A stretch of 64,000 bases of DNA from IMG/VR virus record IMGVR_UViG_3300028364_000020, positions 41,510 to 105,509 of that record; one strand, given 5' to 3'. Below, piece after piece: positions 42,693 to 52,098 of the stretch (position 1 is its first letter; every line of letters starts with the position of its first letter). This DNA comes from a virus (Duplodnaviria > Heunggongvirae > Uroviricota > Caudoviricetes). The notes under the pieces were generated by a model. That model worked only from the letters and a program-made list of their open reading frames with translations, had not been told where the DNA came from and made no database searches. The translations under genes were made by a program, and so were the position numbers.

Positions 42693-43739
42693 ATGACAAA
42701 TAAAGATTATTATGAAGTACTAGAGGTAACAAAACAATCAAATAGTGCTGAAATAAAAAAAGCTTATCGAAAAAAAGCCATTGAATACCATCCAGATAAA
42801 AACCCAGATGTAAAAGAAGCCGAAGAAAACTTTAAAATTATTGCTGAAGCCTATGAAGTGCTAAGTAATAAGGATAAAAAAGCTTTATATGACCAGATTG
42901 GACATAAACAATATAAAGCCAATGGTGGAAGTAAAAATCAAAGTCAGGGGTTTAATCAATCTATGCGTGATAGTTTTAATAATTTTTTTAATAGAAAAAA
43001 AATTAGGGTGGGGTCCAATTTAAGTATTGCTATTACTTTAACTTTAGAAGAGATATTTTCTGGGGTTAATAAAACCTACACTTACAAGCGAGAAACATCT
43101 TGCACAGATTGTGGAGGACATGGAGGTAGTGACGCATACGACTGTCCTGAATGTGATGGTACTGGTATAGTTAATAAAGTTTATCATACTCCAATGGGTT
43201 ATATACAACAAGAACAAACTTGTAACTCATGTAATGGAACTGGAATTAAAACTAAAGTTTCTTGTAAAACTTGTAATTCAACAGGTTTAGTCACTACAGA
43301 AGAAACTGTTGAAATAACAATCCCTAGTGGTGTTATGAATGGTATGGTGTTGGTCAATGAAGGTAAAGGTAATGCGATAAAGTCTGGTGGGTATGGGGAT
43401 TTACATATTAAAATTTTTGAAAAACCCCATGAATATTATACTAGATTAGGTAAAGACTTAAAATTAGCACTTAAACTAGATTATCATCAATTAGTTTTTG
43501 GTGATAAAGTGGAAATAAAAACAATTGAAGAGACTAAAATTAGAATTAATATCCCAGAGGGTAGTGATGTGGGTTCAAATCTGAAAATCCCTTTTAAAGG
43601 TATAACACAATATGGTAAACAAGGACGTGGTGACGTTATTATAACACTAAGCGTGAACATACCAAAAAACATAAATCAAGAGCTTAAAACGGCTGTTAAT
43701 GCGTTAAAAGAAATTTTTGAAAAGACTACGATAGAATAA
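42693..43739 (+). CDS. dnaJ: DnaJ-like co-chaperone (J domain plus four CxxCxGxG zinc-finger repeats plus a C-terminal domain)
   Basis: The J domain carries the HPD motif (DYYEVLEV...[15 protein letters not shown]). The four repeats are [25 protein letters not shown] and CKTCNSTG. Confidence 0.85.
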   Translation: MTNKDYYEVLEVTKQSNSAEIKKAYRKKAIEYHPDKNPDVKEAEENFKIIAEAYEVLSNKDKKALYDQIGHKQYKANGGSKNQSQGFNQSMRDSFNNFFNRKKIRVGSNLSIAITLTLEEIFSGVNKTYTYKRETSCTDCGGHGGSDAYDCPECDGTGIVNKVYHTPMGYIQQEQTCNSCNGTGIKTKVSCKTCNSTGLVTTEETVEITIPSGVMNGMVLVNEGKGNAIKSGGYGDLHIKIFEKPHEYYTRLGKDLKLALKLDYHQLVFGDKVEIKTIEETKIRINIPEGSDVGSNLKIPFKGITQYGKQGRGDVIITLSVNIPKNINQELKTAVNALKEIFEKTTIE

Positions 43740-43788
43740 CTTGTTATATTAACTTAATGTAGTATCTTTGAACAAATAAATATAAAAT

Positions 43789-44223
43789 ATGGCCAAGTAC
43801 GAACAACCTTTCGAGGAAACAACAGATTTATTTAGTGAACTAATAGTTAAAACTGGATTAGACCAAGTAATGACTATTACTATCATAGTAGATAATAAAC
43901 TAAAAAAAATTACCAATGTAACCAAAGCAAGTCCTCTTTTACAATATAGGGCTGGTGACGATATTGTTATCTTTTTAAATGAAAACATCTTTGAACAATT
44001 AACCGAGCTTCAAAGACACATTGTTGTTGAAGAAGCATTAGCAAATATTCATTATGATAGTGAAAAAGATAAAATTATTATCACCAAACCAGATGTTGTT
44101 ACTTATAGTGGTGTATTATCAAAATATACTTATGAAACTTGGAATATTCTAAGTGAAACAATAAAAACTCTTTACAATGTTGAAAAACAAGCTGAGGATG
44201 AATCTTCATCAATAACTAAATAG
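43789..44223 (+). CDS. hypothetical protein
   Basis: 144-aa ORF. Confidence 0.35.
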   Translation: MAKYEQPFEETTDLFSELIVKTGLDQVMTITIIVDNKLKKITNVTKASPLLQYRAGDDIVIFLNENIFEQLTELQRHIVVEEALANIHYDSEKDKIIITKPDVVTYSGVLSKYTYETWNILSETIKTLYNVEKQAEDESSSITK

Positions 44224-44639
44224 TGGATATCAATAAAATTATTGAATTAAGCCCAACTGCAATTACTTGGGCTGGTTTTGATGAAGCAATTGTTTGTTTG
44301 GCAGATAGAACAGAAAAATCACAAACCACTTTTTATACCGATGAAGGTGAATTCTTAATAGAGTTAGATGATGAAGATGAAGATGAAGATGAAGACGAAG
44401 ACATCTATGACAGATGGTCTAGGGATAAGTTTAGTGGGGTAATAGTATACGATTTAAATAAATGTCTTGAAATTTTAATTAAAGATATGGAAGTAGATAT
44501 AAATACTTTGGACCCAGATGAAACACTTGAAGACGAAACTTATCTCACGGCATTAGAATATTTAGAATTTAATGTAGTAGGGGCATACGTAGGGGAAAAA
44601 ACTCCAATATACGTAAAAACAAAAAAAACAGAAATATAA
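44223..44639 (+). CDS. hypothetical acidic protein
   Basis: 138 aa with a poly-(ED) stretch. Confidence 0.35.
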   Translation: MDINKIIELSPTAITWAGFDEAIVCLADRTEKSQTTFYTDEGEFLIELDDEDEDEDEDEDIYDRWSRDKFSGVIVYDLNKCLEILIKDMEVDINTLDPDETLEDETYLTALEYLEFNVVGAYVGEKTPIYVKTKKTEI

Positions 44640-44657
44640 ACAAATAAATAAAAAAAA

Positions 44658-45371
44658 ATGGTAGATTCAAGTATGTATAATGAATTCAAAGATTATGCTA
44701 GTAAACACATGGGTATTAGTAGTATGCAATTATATTATTGGGAACGATTACAAGATAGCCTTTACACACACACTACTGTTAGTAACAGTTTAACTCCAAT
44801 GATTTTGGAAGAAAGACAATTAAATGTTACCCAGATAGATGTTTTCTCAAGAATGATGATGGATAGAATTTTATGGTTGTGTGGTCCAGTAAATGATAGG
44901 ATGTCAACAGTTGTTCAAGCACAATTAATGTACTTAGATACAATAGACCAAACTGACATCACTTTACACATAGATAGTCCAGGAGGTAGCGTAAAATCAG
45001 GTCTTGGAATTGTAGACGTGATGGATTACGTCAGTTCTGATGTTATGACAATAAACACAGGTATGGCCGCAAGCATGGGAGCTATTCTATTAGGTGCTGG
45101 AACCAAGGGTAAAAGACTTATGTTACCAAACAGTAGAGTAATGATTCACCAAGTTTCTGCTGGTGCTCAAGGTACTATGGCTGATATTGATATTTCTATT
45201 GCGGAGGGGAGAAAATATAACACTAAACTATTCAATATGTTGAGTGACTATACTGGAAAAACAGCAAAAAAGATTATGAAAGATGCGGACCGTGATATGT
45301 GGCTTGATGCTGAAGAAGCTAAGGGTTATGGTATTATTGATTCAATAATAACAAAAAAAATAAAAAAATAA
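44658..45371 (+). CDS. clpP: ATP-dependent Clp protease proteolytic subunit
   Basis: The catalytic Ser sits in a GMAASMGA context. The His is in MIHQ. Full length and ClpP-like throughout. Confidence 0.85.
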   Translation: MVDSSMYNEFKDYASKHMGISSMQLYYWERLQDSLYTHTTVSNSLTPMILEERQLNVTQIDVFSRMMMDRILWLCGPVNDRMSTVVQAQLMYLDTIDQTDITLHIDSPGGSVKSGLGIVDVMDYVSSDVMTINTGMAASMGAILLGAGTKGKRLMLPNSRVMIHQVSAGAQGTMADIDISIAEGRKYNTKLFNMLSDYTGKTAKKIMKDADRDMWLDAEEAKGYGIIDSIITKKIKK

Positions 45372-45406
45372 TTAAACTAAAGGTACTTGTATTATTTAAA
45401 TAAATG

Positions 45407-45417
45407 TAGTACCTTTG
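45407..45417 (+). promoter_or_regulatory. Bacteroidetes-type -7 promoter element (TAnnTTTG) upstream of the tmRNA-like gene
   Basis: The motif tagtacctttg is present. The same motif recurs upstream of many genes in the window. Confidence 0.45.
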
Positions 45418-45429
45418 TTCAAGATTTAA

Positions 45430-45460
45430 AATATGTGGACGTTTATAAAATTTCCACATA
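45430..45460 (+). terminator. terminator hairpin after clpP
   Basis: The atatgtgga and tccacatat arms form a 9-bp stem. Confidence 0.5.
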
Positions 45461-45489
45461 TTTATAAATCACAAGTTCTTAGACATAAT

Positions 45490-45852
45490 GGGGTATACAT
45501 GGCATTGACTGGATATAGGACATGGATTGTAAGCACGTAGTGTTAAATTTGGAAGCACTTAAAATCTACTATTAAACAATTGAATTGACAACGTTTTCAA
45601 CGTATCAGAAAATTTCCTTAACGAGGCTACATGTAGCTTTGCGGGAGAGGTAGCAGTAGCCTAACATACAGCAAATGATAGTAGCCTATCGAACAGAATA
45701 AAAATAGTAGTAAACTACTGGTGGAAACAAATTACCACGGCAAAAAAATATTGTAGAGGTTTGTTAGAATTACAACTTAATAAAAACTAACTAAACGTGA
45801 AGAAAGCTTTTCGGCTGTAGACAAGAAGAGGGTTCGAATCCCTCATACTCCT
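45490..45852 (+). ncRNA. ssrA: tmRNA-like gene (ssrA-like)
   Basis: The 5' end GGGGTAT..GGCATTGAC resembles the tmRNA 5' consensus. The 3' end has a canonical T-arm (GAGGGTTCGAATCCCTC) followed by ATACTCC. That 3' strand pairs 7/7 with the 5' GGGGTAT, with one G-U. The length of 363 nt is right. A candidate tag frame ends GEVAVA-stop at 45662. Confidence 0.45.
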
Positions 45853-45967
45853 TACTTAGACTTTTGTATCTGTTAATAATTTATGTATAAACATACAGAA
45901 ATAAACAAGATATTAAGAGAAAAAATATACATTACCTGTATAAACCCGTGTTATTTAACAAAAAAAA

Positions 45968-45994
45968 AACTCTGTATATATTATACAGAGTTTT
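45968..45994 (+). terminator. rho-independent terminator hairpin
   Basis: The sequence aactctgtatatattatacagagtttt. Confidence 0.65.
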
Positions 45995-46121
45995 ATTTTA
46001 CTTACTAGTAGGTTTTGTAGTTAATGTACTAGGTTTTGTTTTCGGTTTTCCGCATCCACAAGCCATAATTAAATTTTGTTTAGTTAATGTTATTTTATTA
46101 TAAATAGTTAAAAAAATATAA

Positions 46122-46328
46122 ATGTTTACAAGAAAATATAAGGTCACTTTGATGTATAGTAAATGGGAAGTCTTAAAAAAAGATTTAAAATTTACTATTA
46201 TACCTAAAAAAAATGAATATATTTTTTTTGAGGGGACTTACTACTTAGTGGTAAGTGTTATACACGTAATTAATAAAAATCAACTGGTTTACATAATCGT
46301 TGAAGAACAAGAAAATAAAGAAAGTTAA
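46122..46328 (+). CDS. hypothetical small protein
   Basis: 68-aa ORF. Confidence 0.3.
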   Translation: MFTRKYKVTLMYSKWEVLKKDLKFTIIPKKNEYIFFEGTYYLVVSVIHVINKNQLVYIIVEEQENKES

Positions 46329-46389
46329 AAATAAGTTAAATTACTTGACTTTTAATAAAAATAATAGTACCTTTGATTAGAATTAAAAA

Positions 46390-46858
46390 TTAAAGTGAAA
46401 AAAAATACCTAAAAAGATGGTTTCAGCAAAACCTAAAAAAAAACAGAGAAAAAAATTTAATACTCAGTAGAAATACTAAATGTGTTAAGAGAGCGTTGGT
46501 ACCGTTTCCACATGAATAAAAAACGAAGTCTACTTTCTGAAATAATTTGATATACTCTGCATCGGGATGATGTGGTTTAATAAAAAATTAAGACTTTAAA
46601 TGGGATAATCCGCTGGGATGAAAAACACAAAAAATCATCTTGGGGTAAATACATTGGTAAAAGAGTTTTTCCAGCAAAAATAAAAAAAACTTTAAATTTT
46701 AAAAAATAAACTCTGACCAAAATGCACAAGTGGGTAGGCCCATACTTGAAAAAGTGACTGTTTCGAAACAGTCTTGTGTACTAAATTGCGATAAATTGTA
46801 AAGGTTGCATGATAGTCTCATAAGCTATACGGGGTGGTTCGAGTCCACAATTCGCTAC
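46390..46858 (+). ncRNA. unassigned structured RNA candidate with a tRNA-like T-arm at its 3' end
   Basis: A non-coding gap of about 590 nt. It is preceded by an AGTACCTTTG promoter motif at 46366. Internal palindromes are present, including gactgtttcgaaacagtc. It ends in GGTGGTTCGAGTCCACA followed directly by a terminator at 46885. Confidence 0.3.
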
Positions 46859-46884
46859 TAAAAGAATACTTTATTTAAATATTA

Positions 46885-46913
46885 AAAACCATTAGAAATA
46901 ATGGTTTTTTTTA
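46885..46913 (+). terminator. rho-independent terminator hairpin
   Basis: The sequence aaaaaccattagaaataatggtttttttt. Confidence 0.7.
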
Positions 46914-46920
46914 TTTACCT

Positions 46921-47460
46921 TTGTTAATAAAAAAATTAAAAATGGAAAACTATAAAACACCTAGTATATTAGTATTAGGTTCAGCCAGACACGGAAAAGA
47001 TACATTTGCCGAAATACTTAAAGCTGAATTCGGGTTACGATTTATGTCTTCTTCACAAGCATCATCAGAAATTTTTCTGTATGATTTATTAAAGGACAAA
47101 TATGGGTATTCCAATTCTGTTGAATGTTTTGAGGACAGAGTAAATCACAGAGATGAATGGTATAACGCTATTTGCGAATATAATATAAACGATAGAGCTA
47201 GGTTAGCCAAGAAGATATTGGAGTTTAGTCAATGCTACGTAGGGATGCGAGATAGAGCTGAGGTTAATGAATGTATTAAACAAGGGTTGTTTGATATTAT
47301 TATTTGGGTTGATGCCAGTGAAAGACTTCCATTGGAACCAAAAACTTCATTTAACATTGATAAGTCGTGTTCTGATATCATAGTTGATAACAACGGTACG
47401 GAAGCCGAGTTCAGAGAAAGAACAATTAGATTAGGTAAACTATTATTCGGTCTATTATAA
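46921..47460 (+). CDS. deoxynucleoside monophosphate kinase-like protein (T4 gp1-like)
   Basis: The P-loop ILVLGSARHGKDTFAEIL resembles T4 dNMP kinase (LSGVKRSGKDTTADFI). The length of 179 aa is compatible. Confidence 0.55.
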   Translation: MLIKKLKMENYKTPSILVLGSARHGKDTFAEILKAEFGLRFMSSSQASSEIFLYDLLKDKYGYSNSVECFEDRVNHRDEWYNAICEYNINDRARLAKKILEFSQCYVGMRDRAEVNECIKQGLFDIIIWVDASERLPLEPKTSFNIDKSCSDIIVDNNGTEAEFRERTIRLGKLLFGLL

Positions 47461-47484
47461 TAACTTAAAATCTATAAAGGTGGA

Positions 47485-47800
47485 CTACCCACCCACGCCA
47501 AAGGCGATGGGGTGGGCTTCAAGGGTCAACGCTCCAACTAATGTTGGCAACTTACCTTGATTTTTTCTGTCAGTTCCTGACAAAATATTTATTAATGCAA
47601 AATTCTTAATATTTATGGCTGCATTTACATCTCTATTTAACAAAGTCCCACATCTATTACAAGTCCATTCACGGTCTTTTAGGGTTAGTTCTTTGTTGAT
47701 TTTACCGCAACAAGAACAGGTTTTTGATGATGGTTCAAATGTTCCAATCTTCAATATGTTCTTACCTTGCCATTTTGCTTTATAGTCAGAAATAATGAAA
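47485..47800 (-). pseudogene. tnpB: C-terminal remnant of a TnpB (OrfB) gene with a GC-rich structured 3' region
   Basis: The remnant carries a zinc ribbon (CSCCGKIN...CNRCG) and a RuvC-III motif (DVNAAINI). The N-terminal two-thirds of the protein are missing. The 3' 80 nt (47481-47560) are about 60% GC and hairpin-rich. Confidence 0.6.
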
Positions 47801-47883
47801 AGTTTAAAGAAATAACAAAATTTATGTAAAATTAGGTTTATAGATAACTTAAGTTTACCTTTATAAAATAAATAATAAATAAC

Positions 47884-48489
47884 ATGGGATATTACGGAAA
47901 AACAATTACTGGGTCTGATAATTATCACGATTTCACAGCGGATTTTTATTATTTTTTTGGTTATAAAGATACAGACGATATTGATGATGAATATATCACT
48001 AAAGAAATGGTTGAAGCTAAATTCGATGATATGGTCAAATGGTTTAACAGTAACTTTGGTCACCAAAATGAACTACAATTTTTAGCTTATCATTTACTCA
48101 GAATTGGTGTTGATTTGTCCGATGATAGAATTGATTTATTTATATCCGAATTTGAAACAGATTCTTGGAGTAAAGAAGATTTAGAACGTAGAATTTATAT
48201 GTCTGAATGTGTCGAAAAATTAAAAAAATATAAAACGGATAAATCACCAATCGATATTGATTCCGATGAAATAGATTTTGAATATTACTTTATTAAAAAA
48301 AGAACTGAACAGTCAGTAAAAATAGCTAATGTTGATGAAATAAAAAAAATGTTTGAAGATAAATGTGACATTGTTATTAAAGACGTTTTAACGGATAACT
48401 ATAATTTAATTTTTACCTTATCAGACGATGATTTCAAAAAAACAAATGGGAGTTTATTTGGAGTTAAATTCCTAATGTATGTTGAATAG
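47884..48489 (+). CDS. hypothetical acidic protein
   Basis: 201-aa ORF. Confidence 0.4.
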   Translation: MGYYGKTITGSDNYHDFTADFYYFFGYKDTDDIDDEYITKEMVEAKFDDMVKWFNSNFGHQNELQFLAYHLLRIGVDLSDDRIDLFISEFETDSWSKEDLERRIYMSECVEKLKKYKTDKSPIDIDSDEIDFEYYFIKKRTEQSVKIANVDEIKKMFEDKCDIVIKDVLTDNYNLIFTLSDDDFKKTNGSLFGVKFLMYVE

Positions 48490-48540
48490 GTAGTAGAAAA
48501 AAATTATATTTTTTTTTATTATTTTAGTCTATTTATCTAT

Positions 48541-49317
48541 ATGGGTGAAGAAATAGAAGAAGGGAAAAAATTAATTAAAAAACTATTAAGAGAACAACTA
48601 TTAAACGAAAAGTTGATTGATGTAGATAGTGATGTTGATTTATTATATAATATGTTTTTTAGTGATGATTTAACTAAATTAAATAAAACCAGAATATTAA
48701 ACTATGATATGTTTCGTAGTGAAAAAACGGATACTTCAATATTAACATCACCCTTAGCTAAAAAAGCACACTCGATTAACCCATGTAACATTATCACTAA
48801 TATTGGTGGTAATGGTTATATTCCTGGTCAATTCAAGATTAATATATCGATTAACCACAATGCAATTAATGCGGTAAATAACGCTTCATTAAATAAAAAT
48901 ATCGATTTAGTTTCAGATTATTTAGGGGTACCTACTTTTTTACAAGAATTTAAACCGAATAAAATTAAAGGTTCGATTCACCATGAATTATCACATTGGA
49001 TTGATGATACATTAAATAATAGACACATCACTAAATTAATTAATAAAAACGTCTCTAGGGGGGTGAAATTAGGTAATAAGGGTCAAAATATTAATGCTGA
49101 CAAGATGGAAATCCAAGCACAAATCCATAATATCCACCAATTAAAAAAAGAATACGAATCACAATGGGATTATTTAACTCTTGATAGTTTATTCAATTTA
49201 TCACCAACATTAACGACAGTTAATAAATCGTTAACTGGGGATGTTAAAACTAAATGGAGAACTGAATTATTTCATAGGATGGCTCGTGAAGGTCTTTTGG
49301 GTAAAAATATGCGATAA
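48541..49317 (+). CDS. hypothetical protein with an HExxH motif (possible zinc metallopeptidase)
   Basis: The SIHHELSHWIDD segment contains an HExxH motif. No further family support. Confidence 0.3.
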   Translation: MGEEIEEGKKLIKKLLREQLLNEKLIDVDSDVDLLYNMFFSDDLTKLNKTRILNYDMFRSEKTDTSILTSPLAKKAHSINPCNIITNIGGNGYIPGQFKINISINHNAINAVNNASLNKNIDLVSDYLGVPTFLQEFKPNKIKGSIHHELSHWIDDTLNNRHITKLINKNVSRGVKLGNKGQNINADKMEIQAQIHNIHQLKKEYESQWDYLTLDSLFNLSPTLTTVNKSLTGDVKTKWRTELFHRMAREGLLGKNMR

Positions 49318-49355
49318 TATTTTTATAATTAAATTAATTACATTACTTTTACATC

Positions 49356-50519
49356 ATGAAAAAATTTATTAAGGAAATACTAAGTGAAGGATTGGCTAAG
49401 GAAGTTAGAGTAAAATTTAACTTACCCATAAGTTCAGATATTCAACAAATTCAAAGTGTGTTCAAAAAAAATAACTTTAAACTATATATAGTTGGTGGTG
49501 CGGTCCGTGATGCGATAATGAATAAGGTACCCAAAGATTTCGATTTGACTACAGATGCTCTTCCAGACCAAGTAGAACAAATAATGACTGCTGCTGGGTT
49601 TAGAACAATACCAACTGGTAAAGCATTTGGTGTTATTAACGTTTTTACAGAGGAAAATGAGTACGAAATTGCCACATTTAGGTCAGATGGTGAATACACA
49701 GATAATAGACGACCAGATTCAGTAACATTTGGTGATGTTATTGCGGATTCTAAACGTAGAGATTTGACCATTAATGCGTTGTTCTACGACATAGAAACCA
49801 AAGAGATTATTGATTTGGTTGGTGGTATTTCAGATATTAAAAATGGTATTATTAGGACAGTTGGTAAATCAGAAGATAGGTTTGGAGAGGATAGACTCAG
49901 AATTTTGAGAATTATAAGATTTGCTGGAAGGTTTGGTAACGACATAAGTGATGAAGCTGATTTGGCTTTGAGAAAAGATTCTTCCCTTGAAGGTATTTCT
50001 GGTGAAAGAATTAGAGATGAGTTCATAAAAGGAATAAAGTCAGCTAAATCCGTAAAACAATTCTTACTTATGTTGGATAGATACAATTTGTTTGATTGGG
50101 TTTTAAAGGGGTTAACAGTAAATAAAAAATTTATAGATAATTCTGACCCAATGATTGTTATTTCAACACTCCTAATTGGTAATGACTTCAATTCATTAAG
50201 TAAAAAGCTAAATGGTTTGAAATACCCATCCGATGAAGTCAGTACGATAGTGTTTTTAAATGGGTTATTAAAACTATCAGTAAAAACTGCTTTTTCTCTT
50301 AAAAAAACACAAAAGTTTTCTAAGGTAACGAAAGAACAGATACAGAAGTTTGGTGAATTTAACAATATCAACAGTAAAATATTAAATGCGTTCCTTCAAT
50401 TTGAATTAAGTGTTTCTGGAGGTGAACTGATTACTAAAATGAGTTTAAAATCTGGACCAGAAGTTGGTATTATGGTTCAAAAAATAGAAACAGAAAATTT
50501 TACCAAATTGATGGTTTAA
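49356..50519 (+). CDS. cca: tRNA nucleotidyltransferase (CCA-adding enzyme), class II
   Basis: The head-domain motifs are present: LYIVGGAVRDAIM, DFDLTTD (DxD) and RRDLTINALFYD. Confidence 0.85.
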   Translation: MKKFIKEILSEGLAKEVRVKFNLPISSDIQQIQSVFKKNNFKLYIVGGAVRDAIMNKVPKDFDLTTDALPDQVEQIMTAAGFRTIPTGKAFGVINVFTEENEYEIATFRSDGEYTDNRRPDSVTFGDVIADSKRRDLTINALFYDIETKEIIDLVGGISDIKNGIIRTVGKSEDRFGEDRLRILRIIRFAGRFGNDISDEADLALRKDSSLEGISGERIRDEFIKGIKSAKSVKQFLLMLDRYNLFDWVLKGLTVNKKFIDNSDPMIVISTLLIGNDFNSLSKKLNGLKYPSDEVSTIVFLNGLLKLSVKTAFSLKKTQKFSKVTKEQIQKFGEFNNINSKILNAFLQFELSVSGGELITKMSLKSGPEVGIMVQKIETENFTKLMV

Positions 50520-50570
50520 ACTTTATTTTTAAGAACTTTTTCGTATACTTATAAAAAAAAACATAATATT

Positions 50571-50909
50571 ATGACAAAATTTTTAGCCACCTATAGTGAA
50601 GTTATAGATAATATTGAAATAAATGGTTTTGTTGTAATGACAGAAAAAGAAATGCTAAACTATGAGAGATTAGCTAATGAAATAAATTGGCCATTTTATT
50701 TTAATTGGGGAGATGAAGAAATAGAATATAGTTCTGGTGATGATTTGCTAACCAGAATTGACTTTAAGGAAATAACTTCTGATGAGAGTAAATTATTTAA
50801 AAGATTATTTGAGAACTCATTTGGTGCTTTTGTTTCAGAAAAAGTTTTAATTGAAGCGGTCAGTGATGATGATGATAACAGTGGTGATGACGATGATTGG
50901 AGAGAATAA
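50571..50909 (+). CDS. hypothetical acidic protein
   Basis: 112 aa with a D-rich C-terminus. Confidence 0.35.
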   Translation: MTKFLATYSEVIDNIEINGFVVMTEKEMLNYERLANEINWPFYFNWGDEEIEYSSGDDLLTRIDFKEITSDESKLFKRLFENSFGAFVSEKVLIEAVSDDDDNSGDDDDWRE

Positions 50910-51185
50910 CTAAAATAATAAAAAAAAACAATTAAAGAGTTGTTTTTTAAAAATAAAGTCGTACCTTTGTACTGTGTTAGAGAAAAAATAATTAATTTTT
51001 AACTTTTTACAAAAACGATATATTTATTAAGAACAAAGAGGAAACTCATAAATTTAGACACTATGAAAACAAATAATACACATATGATTTCGAATTCGAA
51101 TTGGAGACGCATTAGTCACCTTGAATCGGGTATTTTAAATTGTGAAGGCGGTACAGAAGTGTAAAGCTATTTGTAAAAACAACTT

Positions 51186-51219
51186 AAACCCGATTATAAA
51201 TTTATAATCGGGTTTTTTT
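51186..51219 (+). terminator. rho-independent terminator hairpin
   Basis: The sequence aacccgattataaatttataatcgggttttttt. Confidence 0.7.
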
Positions 51220-51404
51220 ATTAAATAAATTATGGAATTAGTTAGAAATATAGGAAAAGAAAAAAGACTTACGCTAATAAACGACTTTGATATGATTGTT
51301 GATAAGTATAGAAAGATAGCAGACGCTTCTGGATATTTTGGAGAACTTAGATTCAAAAAAGAGGGTGGTTATACAATAGTTTTTGTTGTGATATAAAAAT
51401 AAAT

Positions 51405-51492
51405 GGAGAGCATCTGGTCGGATGAAGAGCTTGTTTTGAAAACAAGTAAGTCGGGTAATACTGGCTTGAGGGTTCGAATCCCTCGCTCTCTT
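51405..51492 (+). tRNA. tRNA-Ser (anticodon TGA), class II with a long variable arm
   Basis: The acceptor pairs GGAGAGC with GCTCTCT (G1-U72). The anticodon arm is cttgt-tttgaaa-acaag (U33, anticodon TGA, A37). The variable arm is about 20 nt. The T-arm is GAGGGTTCGAATCCCTC. Confidence 0.6.
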
Positions 51493-51528
51493 CAATAAAA
51501 TCATTAATATATTTTATTAAATTAATAT

Positions 51529-51598
51529 ACATCGCTGGTGAAATGTTATCATTTTAATGGCCAAAATTAAAGTTCTGAGTTCGATTCTTGGTTGATGT
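51529..51598 (+). tRNA. tRNA-like sequence (irregular, possible pseudo-tRNA)
   Basis: The T-loop is TTCGATT. The acceptor-like pairing is acatcgc with ttgatgt (6/7). A candidate anticodon loop ggccaaa lacks U33. Confidence 0.25.
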
Positions 51599-51696
51599 GC
51601 AAAAAGATTAAAAAGTTTTTAAATGGTTGAAATTACCATACTTGATACGGTAAAGTCCGATAACTTAGTTAATCTATATATGGTGATTGTAGTCCG

Positions 51697-51770
51697 TAAT
51701 GGTAGCGGGGTTGGTTGTGAGCCAATTGTCAGGAATGACCTTGCGGGTTCGAGTCCCGTTTTTCACCAAC
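51697..51770 (+). tRNA. tRNA-like sequence with a long variable arm (anticodon loop ttgtgag, possibly GTG), irregular acceptor
   Basis: The T-arm is GCGGGTTCGAGTCCCGT. The D-loop cgtaatggtag is Leu/Tyr-like. A candidate anticodon stem-loop is gttgg-ttgtgag-ccaat. The acceptor pairing has two U-U mismatches. Confidence 0.3.
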
Positions 51771-51804
51771 TTTCGATGTTAACTCACCCCCACTTGGTGA
51801 AAGT

Positions 51805-51859
51805 TGGAAACAGATAATGCTGGCTAAGTAGTTAATAAACGTTCATTGATGTATTGGTT
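51805..51859 (+). repeat. conserved ~55-nt post-tRNA element, copy 1 (tggaaacag...gctggcta...ttaataaa...ttcattgat..attggtt)
   Basis: It is near-identical to 52314..52371. It is preceded by an extended hairpin at 51763-51803. Confidence 0.6.
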
Positions 51860-51957
51860 ATAATATTTAAATACTTTTGAGATGTAGATGGTTTAAAATA
51901 ATTTTGGTTTGATGTCTTAATTACTATAAAGAAATACACGATGAAGAGAATAATGGG

Positions 51958-52037
51958 TAGTACGCAGACCATCCTGATAAGATGGATAACTTGTATCGGT
52001 GTTGAAAAAGATGGGTTCGACTCCCTCCTACCCAACA
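51958..52037 (+). tRNA. tRNA-like sequence (candidate anticodon GAT, irregular D and T arms)
   Basis: The acceptor pairs TGGGTAG with CTACCCA perfectly. A clean anticodon arm ccatc-ctgataa-gatgg would give GAT. The other arms are non-canonical. Confidence 0.3.
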
Positions 52038-52098
52038 AAGCATGATGGTTTTGTATTTTGGGTTCGAGGGCCAATATACCTACTAAATTAAAATAAAT

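Noticed and set aside
45600-45780. Long AND-initiated frame (ANDSSLSNRIKIVV...) as the tmRNA tag
   Set aside because: It is far too long at more than 40 codons and lacks a hydrophobic ALAA-type end. The short frame ending GEVAVA is more plausible, and even that is speculative.
46437-46860. Possible RNase P RNA
   Set aside because: Some fragments resemble GGUAAGAGCGCACC-like motifs. The P4-forming conserved regions (GGAAAGUCCGGGCUCC and ACAGAAxCCGGCUUA) are absent, and a T-arm-like 3' end is not a feature of RNase P RNA.
47485-48066. Full 193-aa minus-strand ORF as reported in the ORF track
   Set aside because: Only the C-terminal 100 aa or so show TnpB similarity. The N-terminal part overlaps the + strand gene 47884..48489 and is low-complexity read-through, so only 47485..47800 is annotated, as a remnant.
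52037-52098. Additional tRNA between the tRNA-like 51958 and tRNA-Trp
   Set aside because: It contains GGGTTCGAGGGCC, but no acceptor, D-arm or anticodon arm can be formed.
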